This document shows positions 8,793-15,914 of a stretch of DNA of 32,288 nt, piece by piece. A program made the position numbers and the translations under genes. How positions within the stretch are numbered: the first letter of the stretch is position 1; every line of letters begins with the position of its first letter. The DNA comes from an uncultured archaeon (GTDB lineage: Archaea > Aenigmatarchaeota > Aenigmatarchaeia > CG10238-14 > SCSR01), in contig CAYYER010000001.1 in assembly GCA_964471045.1 (NCBI GenBank), forward strand, positions 1-32,288, given 5' to 3'. Below the pieces are notes generated by a model. That model saw nothing but the letters and a program-made list of their open reading frames with translations. It was not told the origin of the DNA and made no database searches.

Positions 8793-8957
8793 TTACAGCC
8801 AGAGCAAAACTAAGCCAATTATCATTAAAACTATTCCAAACAATACTCCTGCTCTCTGCATTTCAAAAGGTTGATAAGTAGGATGGGCAAAAGGAAATTT
8901 TACAACTATCAACAAGCCAAGAAAGAATAAGAATCCGCCAGCTATTTTGTTTATCAT
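8793..8957 (-). CDS. 54-aa two-TM hairpin membrane protein (below the ORF-track length cutoff)
   Basis: My translation of the minus strand: MINKIAGGFLFFLGLLIVVKFPFAHPTYQPFEMQRAGVLFGIVLMIIGLVLLWL*. ATG 8957-8955 overlaps the TGA 8956-8954 of the upstream small gene (ATGA). TAA at 8795-8793. Confidence 0.5.
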   Translation of the reverse strand: MINKIAGGFLFFLGLLIVVKFPFAHPTYQPFEMQRAGVLFGIVLMIIGLVLLWL

Positions 8958-9163
8958 AATTTAAGTAACTCCCAGCCAAGATAAATAAATATCGGTCCGA
9001 AGAAAAGCTGGAACAAGAAGTTTTTCTGATTTCCGACATAAACCAAGCCAAAGATAAAAACGCTTCCCAAAAACATTAAGACTGCTCCCAAAAGCTTAGA
9101 AACTAGAGGCGGTAAGCTTACTAACTTTACAAATTCTAAGATTTTTCCAGGATTTTCGAGCAT
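8954..9163 (-). CDS. 69-aa two-TM hairpin membrane protein
   Basis: MLENPGKILEFVKLVSLPPLVSKLLGAVLMFLGSVFIFGLVYVGNQKNFLFQLFFGPIFIYLGWELLKL. I prefer the internal ATG at 9163, because the track start at 9238 would overlap the divergent gene starting at 9223 and remove the promoter gap. Confidence 0.5.
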   Translation of the reverse strand: MLENPGKILEFVKLVSLPPLVSKLLGAVLMFLGSVFIFGLVYVGNQKNFLFQLFFGPIFIYLGWELLKL

Positions 9164-9183
9164 GAATAAAATTTCATGCAAAA

Positions 9184-9192
9184 ATTTATAAC
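9184..9192. promoter_or_regulatory. putative shared TATA element (ATTTATAAC / GTTATAAAT) in the 59-nt divergent gap
   Basis: Centre is about 25 nt from ATG 9163 (minus) and about 35 nt from ATG 9223 (plus). It is the only strong TATA-like word in the gap. Confidence 0.35.
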
Positions 9193-9222
9193 TTTTTAGT
9201 TTCTTAAAACCAAATTTTAAAT

Positions 9223-9777
9223 ATGCCAGTATTTGCAAGGACCAAGCTAGTTATACACGATGATTGTTTAGCTACTGCTCCAGGAAGCGTTTTGCCTGGA
9301 GTTCCTTACTTGCTTTTAACCTACGAGGGTCCAAACCCCCAGCGCTTGTACGAAAAGATAAAGGAGCTTTTTGCAACGATTTTTAGGCACGATCCTGGGG
9401 AGCTTCAAGAAAGGGATTTTGTTTGGGATAAGAGTGAAGCAGGAGAAAAGTTTAGGGTAAGGTTTGAGCTCATAAAGGATATGGACAGATTTTCCTTCAT
9501 TCAGGTAATAGTAACCCTGCAAGGTGAAGCAAGGCCTAGCAAGGAATTTGGGAAGGAGGGAAAGGCGAAGATAAGGATAGAGGGAAGGATAAGGACCGAA
9601 TATCCTCAGGATACTCTCTGGCAAAGAAGCTTATTCTATGAAATGTTTAGGGTTTTGTACCATAGGCTAATCTACGAAGAGAAAAGGCAGAGATATAAGA
9701 ATCAGTGCAGGGAATGGCTTTTAAGGTTTCAAGACGAACTAAAGGCTTTCCTTAACATCTTGCCAAGGGAGAGGTAA
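9223..9777 (+). CDS. uncharacterised protein, tandem paralog A (184 aa)
   Basis: Shares DDCLA, Y.GP.P, ERDF.WD, IRI.GR.RTEY, QRS and YH.L.YEE blocks with the next gene. Stop TAA overlaps the next ATG (TAATG at 9775-9779). Confidence 0.7.
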   Translation: MPVFARTKLVIHDDCLATAPGSVLPGVPYLLLTYEGPNPQRLYEKIKELFATIFRHDPGELQERDFVWDKSEAGEKFRVRFELIKDMDRFSFIQVIVTLQGEARPSKEFGKEGKAKIRIEGRIRTEYPQDTLWQRSLFYEMFRVLYHRLIYEEKRQRYKNQCREWLLRFQDELKAFLNILPRER

Positions 9778-10292
9778 TGCCACGCTGGGTTTTTGAGGAC
9801 GATTGCCTAGCTCCAGAAAGAACCTTAACCATAGAGTACAGCGGCCCAGATCCTTTTAGAGTTTGTAGAGTTTTAAGAGATATGCTCGGGAGAATTTTTC
9901 AAGTCGAAACCATAGATTTGTGGGAAAGGGATTTTAGGTGGGACATAAGCTCAGACCCAAGACCTTTTTACATGAGGATGTACGTGAATAAAGGAATAGA
10001 TGCAAGAACTAGGATGATGGTCGAAATTACTGTTCAGGGTCTGCAACCATCTGACCCAAGTAAAAAAGGGAAGGTAACTATTAGAATAAGCGGGAGGTTA
10101 AGAACCGAGTACAATTTAAAATCGTTCTTTCAGCGTTCTCCTCTCTACAAAGCTTTTGTATGGGTCTATCACAAGCTTTTCTATGAAGAGGTGAAGAGAA
10201 GTTATATTCATCTGTGTAATAGGCTTATCGAAGAATTGCACTTAGAATTAAGGGCTTTATTCAAATTGCCCGTATCCGAGAGGGTAAGATAA
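9777..10292 (+). CDS. uncharacterised protein, tandem paralog B (171 aa)
   Basis: See paralog A. GGAGAGGT Shine-Dalgarno-like motif just upstream. TAATG overlap with the next gene at 10290-10294. Confidence 0.7.
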   Translation: MPRWVFEDDCLAPERTLTIEYSGPDPFRVCRVLRDMLGRIFQVETIDLWERDFRWDISSDPRPFYMRMYVNKGIDARTRMMVEITVQGLQPSDPSKKGKVTIRISGRLRTEYNLKSFFQRSPLYKAFVWVYHKLFYEEVKRSYIHLCNRLIEELHLELRALFKLPVSERVR

Positions 10293-10543
10293 TGGGAATA
10301 TTTTCGAGGATAAAGGGCATCTTTAGAAGGAAGAAAGAGGAGCCAGTAGAAGAATTGCCTGAGATTCCGGAGGAAAAGCCCTTGGAAAGCTTGGAGCCGG
10401 CAACCCTGGAAAATCTAAAGGCAAAAATGGATTTGATCCTAACCCAAATGGAAAGCTTAAAGATCCAGAATGAAACCTTGATGGAAAGACTGAAAATTAT
10501 AGAAAAACTGTTGATAGAAATAAGAAAGCTAGCGGTTAGCTGA
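10292..10543 (+). CDS. 83-aa protein: N-terminal basic amphipathic helix (MGIFSRIKGIFRRKK), acidic Pro-rich linker, C-terminal coiled coil
   Basis: Translation from the track. GAGAGGGT SD-like motif 7 nt upstream. Hydrophobic residues at positions 3, 4, 7, 10 and 11 with flanking R/K. Heptad-like L/I/M spacing in LKAKMDLILTQMESLKIQNETLMERLKIIEKLLIEIRKL. Confidence 0.6.
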   Translation: MGIFSRIKGIFRRKKEEPVEELPEIPEEKPLESLEPATLENLKAKMDLILTQMESLKIQNETLMERLKIIEKLLIEIRKLAVS

Positions 10544-11023
10544 AAATCTCTTAAGGACAAAATAAGTAACAATTCTCTTTTCTAGATTTAGCCAATCCTT
10601 TAAGTATTCTAAAGTTTCATCCTCTAGCTTGCATATTTTACTAACCGAGTTTGCCCTACTCCTAAGAAAAAGAAAGTCATCCTTCGTCAGATAAATTTCC
10701 TCGTAATCCTTTAACTCCTTTAACCTCTTTACTAATTCTTCATTTCTGTTAACATAGACTCTTATCCAGAAAGGAATGATTCCTCTTTTCTTTTCTCCTA
10801 AAATTTCAACTTCTATTTCCTTTAACCCTTCTTTTTCTATCCCCAAATTCTTACAAATTTTATCCACATCCTTTTTACTACCCTCAAACTTTCCTATCCC
10901 ATCTATCAATTCGCTAGCTATAGAATCAACATATTCACATCCTTCATACTCAACCAATCTTTCAGCTAAAGGAAAAAGTGGATTAGTTCTTTCTAGGAGA
11001 ACCAAGTATTTTTTGATTTTCAT
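10529..11023 (-). CDS. hypothetical protein (164 aa)
   Basis: ATG at 11023. TTTAAA-type box about 25-30 nt upstream in the 35-nt gap. 3' end overlaps the convergent 83-aa gene by 15 nt. No motif recognised. Confidence 0.55.
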   Translation of the reverse strand: MKIKKYLVLLERTNPLFPLAERLVEYEGCEYVDSIASELIDGIGKFEGSKKDVDKICKNLGIEKEGLKEIEVEILGEKKRGIIPFWIRVYVNRNEELVKRLKELKDYEEIYLTKDDFLFLRSRANSVSKICKLEDETLEYLKDWLNLEKRIVTYFVLKRFSANR

Positions 11024-11058
11024 TCCAATTAGTTAGAGGGGTAGAAAAATTTAAAATT

Positions 11059-11556
11059 TTAGAGTTCATCTCTACAAGTTTCGCATAACCATTTTCCTTC
11101 AACCTTTTTCAGCCCGTCATAAGCTTGACCGCAAGACTCACAAATCCCAATTTCCAAATCTTTTTCTTGATCTTCGGCTATTATTATAGGCTCGACTTTC
11201 CTCAATTTTAAGACATAGCCTGTGCCTAAAAAGTCGAAGTTAAAGAATTGAGCCAATTTTCTTGCCAGCTCTATATCTTTCCCAAAAAGCCACCAGAAAA
11301 GCTCGTTTATATAACAATAAGGACAAACCATCACATCGAAAGTTCTTTTACACCTTATGCATTTTACCTTTTTTTCTGGATTGCTCGATAAGAAGAATTT
11401 TGAAAATTTTTCGTGAAAAGATTCGAATTCCTTCCTAAGCTCTGGCTTATCCGAAAACAAGAATTTTTTGACATCCTTTGCTAAGCAATCTACGCAAATG
11501 AAATTGAACAAAGGTTCCAAGCACAATTTGCAAATCTGCGTTTCCCTTGCTTCCAT
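11059..11556 (-). CDS. Cys-rich protein with six CxxC motifs (three predicted zinc-ribbon sites), 165 aa
   Basis: CKLC..CVDC, CIRC..CPYC and CESC..CETC are arranged as three pairs. Confidence 0.65.
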   Translation of the reverse strand: MEARETQICKLCLEPLFNFICVDCLAKDVKKFLFSDKPELRKEFESFHEKFSKFFLSSNPEKKVKCIRCKRTFDVMVCPYCYINELFWWLFGKDIELARKLAQFFNFDFLGTGYVLKLRKVEPIIIAEDQEKDLEIGICESCGQAYDGLKKVEGKWLCETCRDEL

Positions 11557-11655
11557 TTTCTCGTGTATATTTAAACATTTTTAGAGTATTTAAGCTTTTC
11601 CTATAAAAAGTAAAATTTAAATACTTAAAGTTGGAAAAATTTTTAGTGAAAAATT

Positions 11656-12207
11656 ATGAAATCTAAAAATTTTTTAGACGAAACGAATAGGTTTATAATC
11701 TCAGAACTTCTGAAGAATGGAAGGATAAAGCTTACAGAGCTGGCAAAAAAGCTTAAAGTAACTCCTGCTGCAGTTAAAGAAAGAGTTGATAGGCTGATAA
11801 AAAAGAAGGTCATAACCATAAGCGCTTTGATAAATCCAGAAAGCCTTTATCCCTTGAGCGCTTGCATTGGAGTAGAGGCTGATGCTGACGGGGTTAATTT
11901 GATAGTAAGAAAGCTGAGAAATTGTCCTTTGGTCTTTCATTTAGCAAAAACTTCGGGAAACCATAACTTAATAATCAACATGGTTGCTAGGGATATCGCC
12001 CAGCTCGAAGAATTTTTGAACAAGCAAATAAGGTCAGAGCCTGGAATTAGGCATGTGGAAGTAAACATAAGCAATTCAATCATAGTCCCAAAGTATTTGC
12101 CTCTAAGATTTTTTTATCCCTATGACCCAGAATATGCACCTTGTGGCTTGAGGTTTGATGATGAAGAAAGATGTCCAAGCTGTCCAGCGTTCGAGAAAAA
12201 GAAATAA
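11656..12207 (+). CDS. Lrp/AsnC-family transcriptional regulator with a Cys-containing C-terminal extension (183 aa)
   Basis: N-terminal HTH (IISELLKNGRIKLTELAKKLKVTPAAVKERVDRLIKKKVI), then a RAM-like domain, then about 35 extra residues ending PCGLRFDDEERCPSCPAFEKKK (C-x10-C-x2-C). Confidence 0.75.
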   Translation: MKSKNFLDETNRFIISELLKNGRIKLTELAKKLKVTPAAVKERVDRLIKKKVITISALINPESLYPLSACIGVEADADGVNLIVRKLRNCPLVFHLAKTSGNHNLIINMVARDIAQLEEFLNKQIRSEPGIRHVEVNISNSIIVPKYLPLRFFYPYDPEYAPCGLRFDDEERCPSCPAFEKKK

Positions 12208-12238
12208 ATTTATCTAAAAACACTTAAAAAGTGAGAGG

Positions 12239-12763
12239 ATGGAATTTGAGGAGAATAAAAAGGAGAAACGCTTAATGGAAAGAATTTTTTCAAAAGTGCC
12301 AGAAAAAGAGAAGATTAGATCTACGAGCATTACTCTAGGAAATATAATATGCATCCTAGCCAAGCATTTGATTAATTCAATGGGTTATGGTATTGCTGCG
12401 AGAGTAATCTCGAGAGAAATAAGAGAATTAGGTAAGAACGATATAAAAAGATTGGAGAAGCTTTTCAACATGAAAAAAACTTTTAAGAATAAAAAAAGGC
12501 TTACACGATTGGCCGGAATGCTTCTTGGGTTAGACTTAAGGATAGTAAAAGACGAAAAAGGAGAAACTCATGCGTTTATCATGAACTGTCCGTTCAACGA
12601 AATAATAAGGAAAATCCACGAGCCCTTCATTTGCAAAATGTGCGAGGAATATAATAGGGGTGTGGTAGAAAGCCTTTTCGGACCTAAGTTCAAGCTTGTA
12701 CCGCTTAAAAGGATGAGTGAAGGAGATAAATACTGCAAATATCACATAGTCGAAAAAGATTAA
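12239..12763 (+). CDS. V4R-like (4-vinyl-reductase / hydrocarbon-binding type) Cys-rich domain protein, tentative
   Basis: C-terminal pattern NCPF..x..PFICKMCEEYNRGVVESLFGP..x..SEGDKYCKYHIVE resembles the V4R domain Cys/Gly pattern. 31 nt downstream of the Lrp gene. Confidence 0.4.
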   Translation: MEFEENKKEKRLMERIFSKVPEKEKIRSTSITLGNIICILAKHLINSMGYGIAARVISREIRELGKNDIKRLEKLFNMKKTFKNKKRLTRLAGMLLGLDLRIVKDEKGETHAFIMNCPFNEIIRKIHEPFICKMCEEYNRGVVESLFGPKFKLVPLKRMSEGDKYCKYHIVEKD

Positions 12764-12793
12764 TTTTTAACTACCTTAATCTCTGTGAGGAGC

Positions 12794-13957
12794 ATGGGAA
12801 AGAAATATGAAGTCGGGATAATAGGAGGAGGTCCAGCAGGGAGTACTTGTGCTTATTATCTAGCTAGAAAAGGCGTTGATGTGATAATATTCGACCATAC
12901 TCAACCCAGGGAAAAAGTTTGTGGAGGCATCTTAAGCTCAACTCTTTTATCGAGATATACCATTCCTGTCGACATAATCGAAAGGAATTTAAATTTTTGC
13001 GAGGTGTATTCTCCCACTTACAAGAAGATCAGATGGACTTATAAAAAAACTCATGGTTCGGTTTCAAGAAAAAAATTTGATTGGTTTTTACTAGAAAAGG
13101 CGCTGGACGAAGGAGCTGAATGGAAAAAGCTCAAGGTAAACGACGTAGAAGAGAAAAGAGGGAGGTTTATACTTTCTACTAAAGAGGGGGAGTTTAAAGT
13201 TGAAAACGCTGTAGGGGCTGGCGGAGTCAATGGAATCTTAAGAAAGAAAAAAATAGGAGCGTTCCCGACAAAGCATCTTAGCAAGACTTATGACCTCAAG
13301 TTGAAGTTTGAAAAGGAATATGTAGATGAGCATTTTGAAGATGGTTGGTATCTGCTTTTCCTCGACGATAGATACGTTGGAAAAGGTTATGGCTGGCTTG
13401 TCCCAAAAAAGGATTATGTTTTAGTAGGATTGGGGTGTGAGCTAGAATACAAGGGAAATCTTAAAAAATCTTTGAAAGAATTGCTCCAGGTTCATCCCCT
13501 CCTTAAGGAAAAAATTGGAAAACCGAAGTCTGTAAAAGAGAGAGCTGCACTAATAGTTAGTCCAAAAACAGCAGAATTCTTCAAATCGAAGCATTGCGAT
13601 AAGAATTGGGTAATAATAGGAGAAGAAGGCGGCTTTGTCCATCCTTTAGAAGGAGATGGTCTTACTTACGCGATGATAACAGGAGAACTTGCTGCAAAGC
13701 TTTACATTGCTAATTCTTCCTTCGAAGATTTTGATAAGAAATGGGTTGAGGAATTTGGCGAAAAAATAGTAATTCCTAAGGATGGTATAGAAAACTTTTA
13801 CAACAAAAGCGTTTTGGACTTTCTTTTTGATATAGCTGAAGGGAAACCAGAACTAATCGACCAACTCTTTGAAGGTAAGCTAGAACTTAAAACTTTCCTA
13901 GCTGCCATCAAGAAAAAAACCGAAATGAATAATTCTAAGAAAGAGTCTGATAGTTAA
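12794..13957 (+). CDS. geranylgeranyl reductase family FAD-dependent oxidoreductase (archaeal lipid saturation type)
   Basis: N-terminal dinucleotide fold VGIIGGGPAGSTCAYYLARKGVDVIIFD followed by KVCGGIL, and later GEEGGFVHPLEGDGLTYAM. ATG at 12794 preferred over the track's GTG at 12785. Confidence 0.8.
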   Translation: MGKKYEVGIIGGGPAGSTCAYYLARKGVDVIIFDHTQPREKVCGGILSSTLLSRYTIPVDIIERNLNFCEVYSPTYKKIRWTYKKTHGSVSRKKFDWFLLEKALDEGAEWKKLKVNDVEEKRGRFILSTKEGEFKVENAVGAGGVNGILRKKKIGAFPTKHLSKTYDLKLKFEKEYVDEHFEDGWYLLFLDDRYVGKGYGWLVPKKDYVLVGLGCELEYKGNLKKSLKELLQVHPLLKEKIGKPKSVKERAALIVSPKTAEFFKSKHCDKNWVIIGEEGGFVHPLEGDGLTYAMITGELAAKLYIANSSFEDFDKKWVEEFGEKIVIPKDGIENFYNKSVLDFLFDIAEGKPELIDQLFEGKLELKTFLAAIKKKTEMNNSKKESDS

Positions 13958-13965
13958 AAATAAAG

Positions 13966-15108
13966 CTAGACCATTACTTTAATCTTGAACCTTTTCTCGA
14001 ACTTTTTAACTTCTCTTTCAACAATCTCTTCCATAAAGCCGAATACATAAGGCAAATCTTCTTCGTAAGGAGAATCCTTTAGGTTTTCATAGCTCTTCTC
14101 TAAATTTTCTGCATGCAGCACTATCATCCTAGAAATTTCAATCGAATTTTTCTTAAGGTAATTCTTCAGCTCTTTCAAACTCAAATGGTCGTAACCTTCC
14201 GAGACCATCTTGAGAGCCAAAACGTTTGCAGGATTTTTTATCCCAACCTTGCTTTTAGGGTCGTAAGCAAAATCTTCCTCTACCTCTTTTAAGTCGTCTG
14301 CAGCCAAATTCAAAAGGCTCGTCCCATTCAAGTAAAACTTCTCCAAATCTTCTAAGTATCCTTCTTCTCCACCAGCCAACAAATGGCTTACCACAGCCCA
14401 TGTAGCCCCTATTTCTCCAAGCTTTCTTTGGGTCTCTAAAATCTTTTCGAGAGAGACCAAGTTCTTTCTCACTTCTTCTATCCTTCCCTTTCTTAGACAG
14501 AATCTGTAGTAAAAATCTTTTGCCTGCACAGGGTCTAATCTTTCTCTTTTTCTTCTCGAATACTCTTCAAAAGCCCTTTCACTTCTCCTTCTAAGCCTGC
14601 TTGCTCCTTCGGTAAGCAGGTAGTGAGTGGCTTTAGCTAGATTTAGCGCTTCTCTATTCCCCGAAGAAATCCTGATCAAATTTTTAGTATCCCTCAGTAA
14701 ATCCAAGATTCTCTCGTATTTTTCGTTGGAACTAATAAAACTTTCCAGATAGTTATCGCAAAAATCATCCTCTGAATCTCCTCCTGGATAAAGGAATGCA
14801 CTCCCAGTTATCATATCGTATAAGCATTCTTCAGAAAAAGTTTTTTCATAATTTTGGTTGCAGGCATAAGCGGAAAGGGTTATGTTTCTGATAAACCAAG
14901 GCGGTCTGGTCTCCTTAAGCTTTCTCTTAATGATTTTAAAAATGTCTTGCTCTCGAGCGTAAACCCTTCCGATAATTTTTTCGGCTTCCCTGGCCCCGAT
15001 TAAGTTTTGAAGGTTATACTTTTTACCAATAGCTTTTGCATTCTTGCCATACTTTAATCCGAGACCAAAAATCTCCAGCTTGTTTCTAAGCCTCAAGCTT
15101 AGACTCAT
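13966..15108 (-). CDS. 380-aa soluble helical protein with DDxxD (DDFCD) and DDxxE (DDLKE) motifs; possible highly divergent isoprenoid (polyprenyl) synthase-fold protein
   Basis: DDFCD at codons 14755-14769. LLAGGEEGYLEDLEKFYLNGTSLLNLAADDLKE resembles the region preceding the second Asp-rich motif of trans-prenyltransferases. Embedded in the lipid gene cluster. The RRG that normally follows the first motif is absent. Confidence 0.35.
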   Translation of the reverse strand: MSLSLRLRNKLEIFGLGLKYGKNAKAIGKKYNLQNLIGAREAEKIIGRVYAREQDIFKIIKRKLKETRPPWFIRNITLSAYACNQNYEKTFSEECLYDMITGSAFLYPGGDSEDDFCDNYLESFISSNEKYERILDLLRDTKNLIRISSGNREALNLAKATHYLLTEGASRLRRRSERAFEEYSRRKRERLDPVQAKDFYYRFCLRKGRIEEVRKNLVSLEKILETQRKLGEIGATWAVVSHLLAGGEEGYLEDLEKFYLNGTSLLNLAADDLKEVEEDFAYDPKSKVGIKNPANVLALKMVSEGYDHLSLKELKNYLKKNSIEISRMIVLHAENLEKSYENLKDSPYEEDLPYVFGFMEEIVEREVKKFEKRFKIKVMV

Positions 15109-15152
15109 ATTTCTAATAACTAGAGTAAACCTTAAATCCTTTCGCCAGAAGA

Positions 15153-15160
15153 TTTAAAAT
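15153..15160 (+). promoter_or_regulatory. putative TATA box (TTTAAAAT) for the GGGPS-egsA operon
   Basis: Centre is 26-27 nt upstream of ATG 15183, consistent with a leaderless start. Confidence 0.4.
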
Positions 15161-15182
15161 TTTTAAATCGAATATCTATCCG

Positions 15183-15914
15183 ATGAAATTTTGCATACTC
15201 TACGACCCTGATAAGCCTTCCCTAGCAAAAAGAATGTTTGAAGAAACCGTTAAGCACAAAGAGATGATCGAAAAGGTTTGCGATTTTTGGGTTGGGACTA
15301 CCAAAGGCTCTTCCAAAGCCATAAGCTTCTGGTTAAAAAGGCTTGAAGAGGAAGGTTTGGAGGAAAGATATTTATTTCCAGGGCAAGTTTGGCATGCCTT
15401 GGCTGGAAAGCACGCCAAATACATCCTAAGACCAGAGTTGCTGAACAGAACTCCTTCTTTCAAAAGCTCTCTTGCTCGCTTGTACACAAAACTCGGAAAG
15501 CTTGCAACCAGATTTTTATATCCTTATTCTCCTCCTTATGAATTGGATTTTGGCTACCTAATCCTGGGGCCAGGGACGAGCGTCGGAGATTTTACAGGAG
15601 CTGCTAGGATAAGCGATGAAGATGCTTTAGCTTGCGTAGAAAATTATTTGGAGAAGAATAAAGCTTGTTATGGAGTTTACATAGAAGGAGGTTCTGGGGC
15701 GAGGATACCAGTGAGTAAGAGGATAGAATTAATAAAAAAAGCTAGAGAGATTTTGCCGAGCGATAAGGTTCTCCATGCAGGCGGGGGAATCAGGAGCCTG
15801 GAGGAACTAAAACTCTTGCTCGATTTAGGAACCAAGCCAGTAATAAGCACTCATTTCGAAGAAAAACCAAAAGATATTTATAGGTTTGCTAAAGAAGTGT
15901 ATAAAAGGGTATAA
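15183..15914 (+). CDS. geranylgeranylglyceryl phosphate synthase (PcrB/GGGPS family)
   Basis: TIM-barrel family motifs YIEGGSGA and HAGGGIRS near the C-terminus. Typical size (243 aa). Stop overlaps the egsA ATG (TAATG at 15912-15916). Confidence 0.75.
   Translation: MKFCILYDPDKPSLAKRMFEETVKHKEMIEKVCDFWVGTTKGSSKAISFWLKRLEEEGLEERYLFPGQVWHALAGKHAKYILRPELLNRTPSFKSSLARLYTKLGKLATRFLYPYSPPYELDFGYLILGPGTSVGDFTGAARISDEDALACVENYLEKNKACYGVYIEGGSGARIPVSKRIELIKKAREILPSDKVLHAGGGIRSLEELKLLLDLGTKPVISTHFEEKPKDIYRFAKEVYKRV

Noticed and set aside
8863-9051. 62-aa minus-strand ORF overlapping both small membrane ORFs
   Set aside because: It is in a different frame across the ATGA junction of the two hydrophobic ORFs. 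Its product is neither hydrophobic nor compositionally protein-like, and it has no coupling to neighbours.
10292-10543. Calling the 83-aa protein a bona fide PspA/ESCRT-III homolog
   Set aside because: Only the first 7-15 residues resemble those families. The protein has about one third of the length needed for the helical hairpin core. It is reported as a mimic or convergent membrane-binding motif instead.
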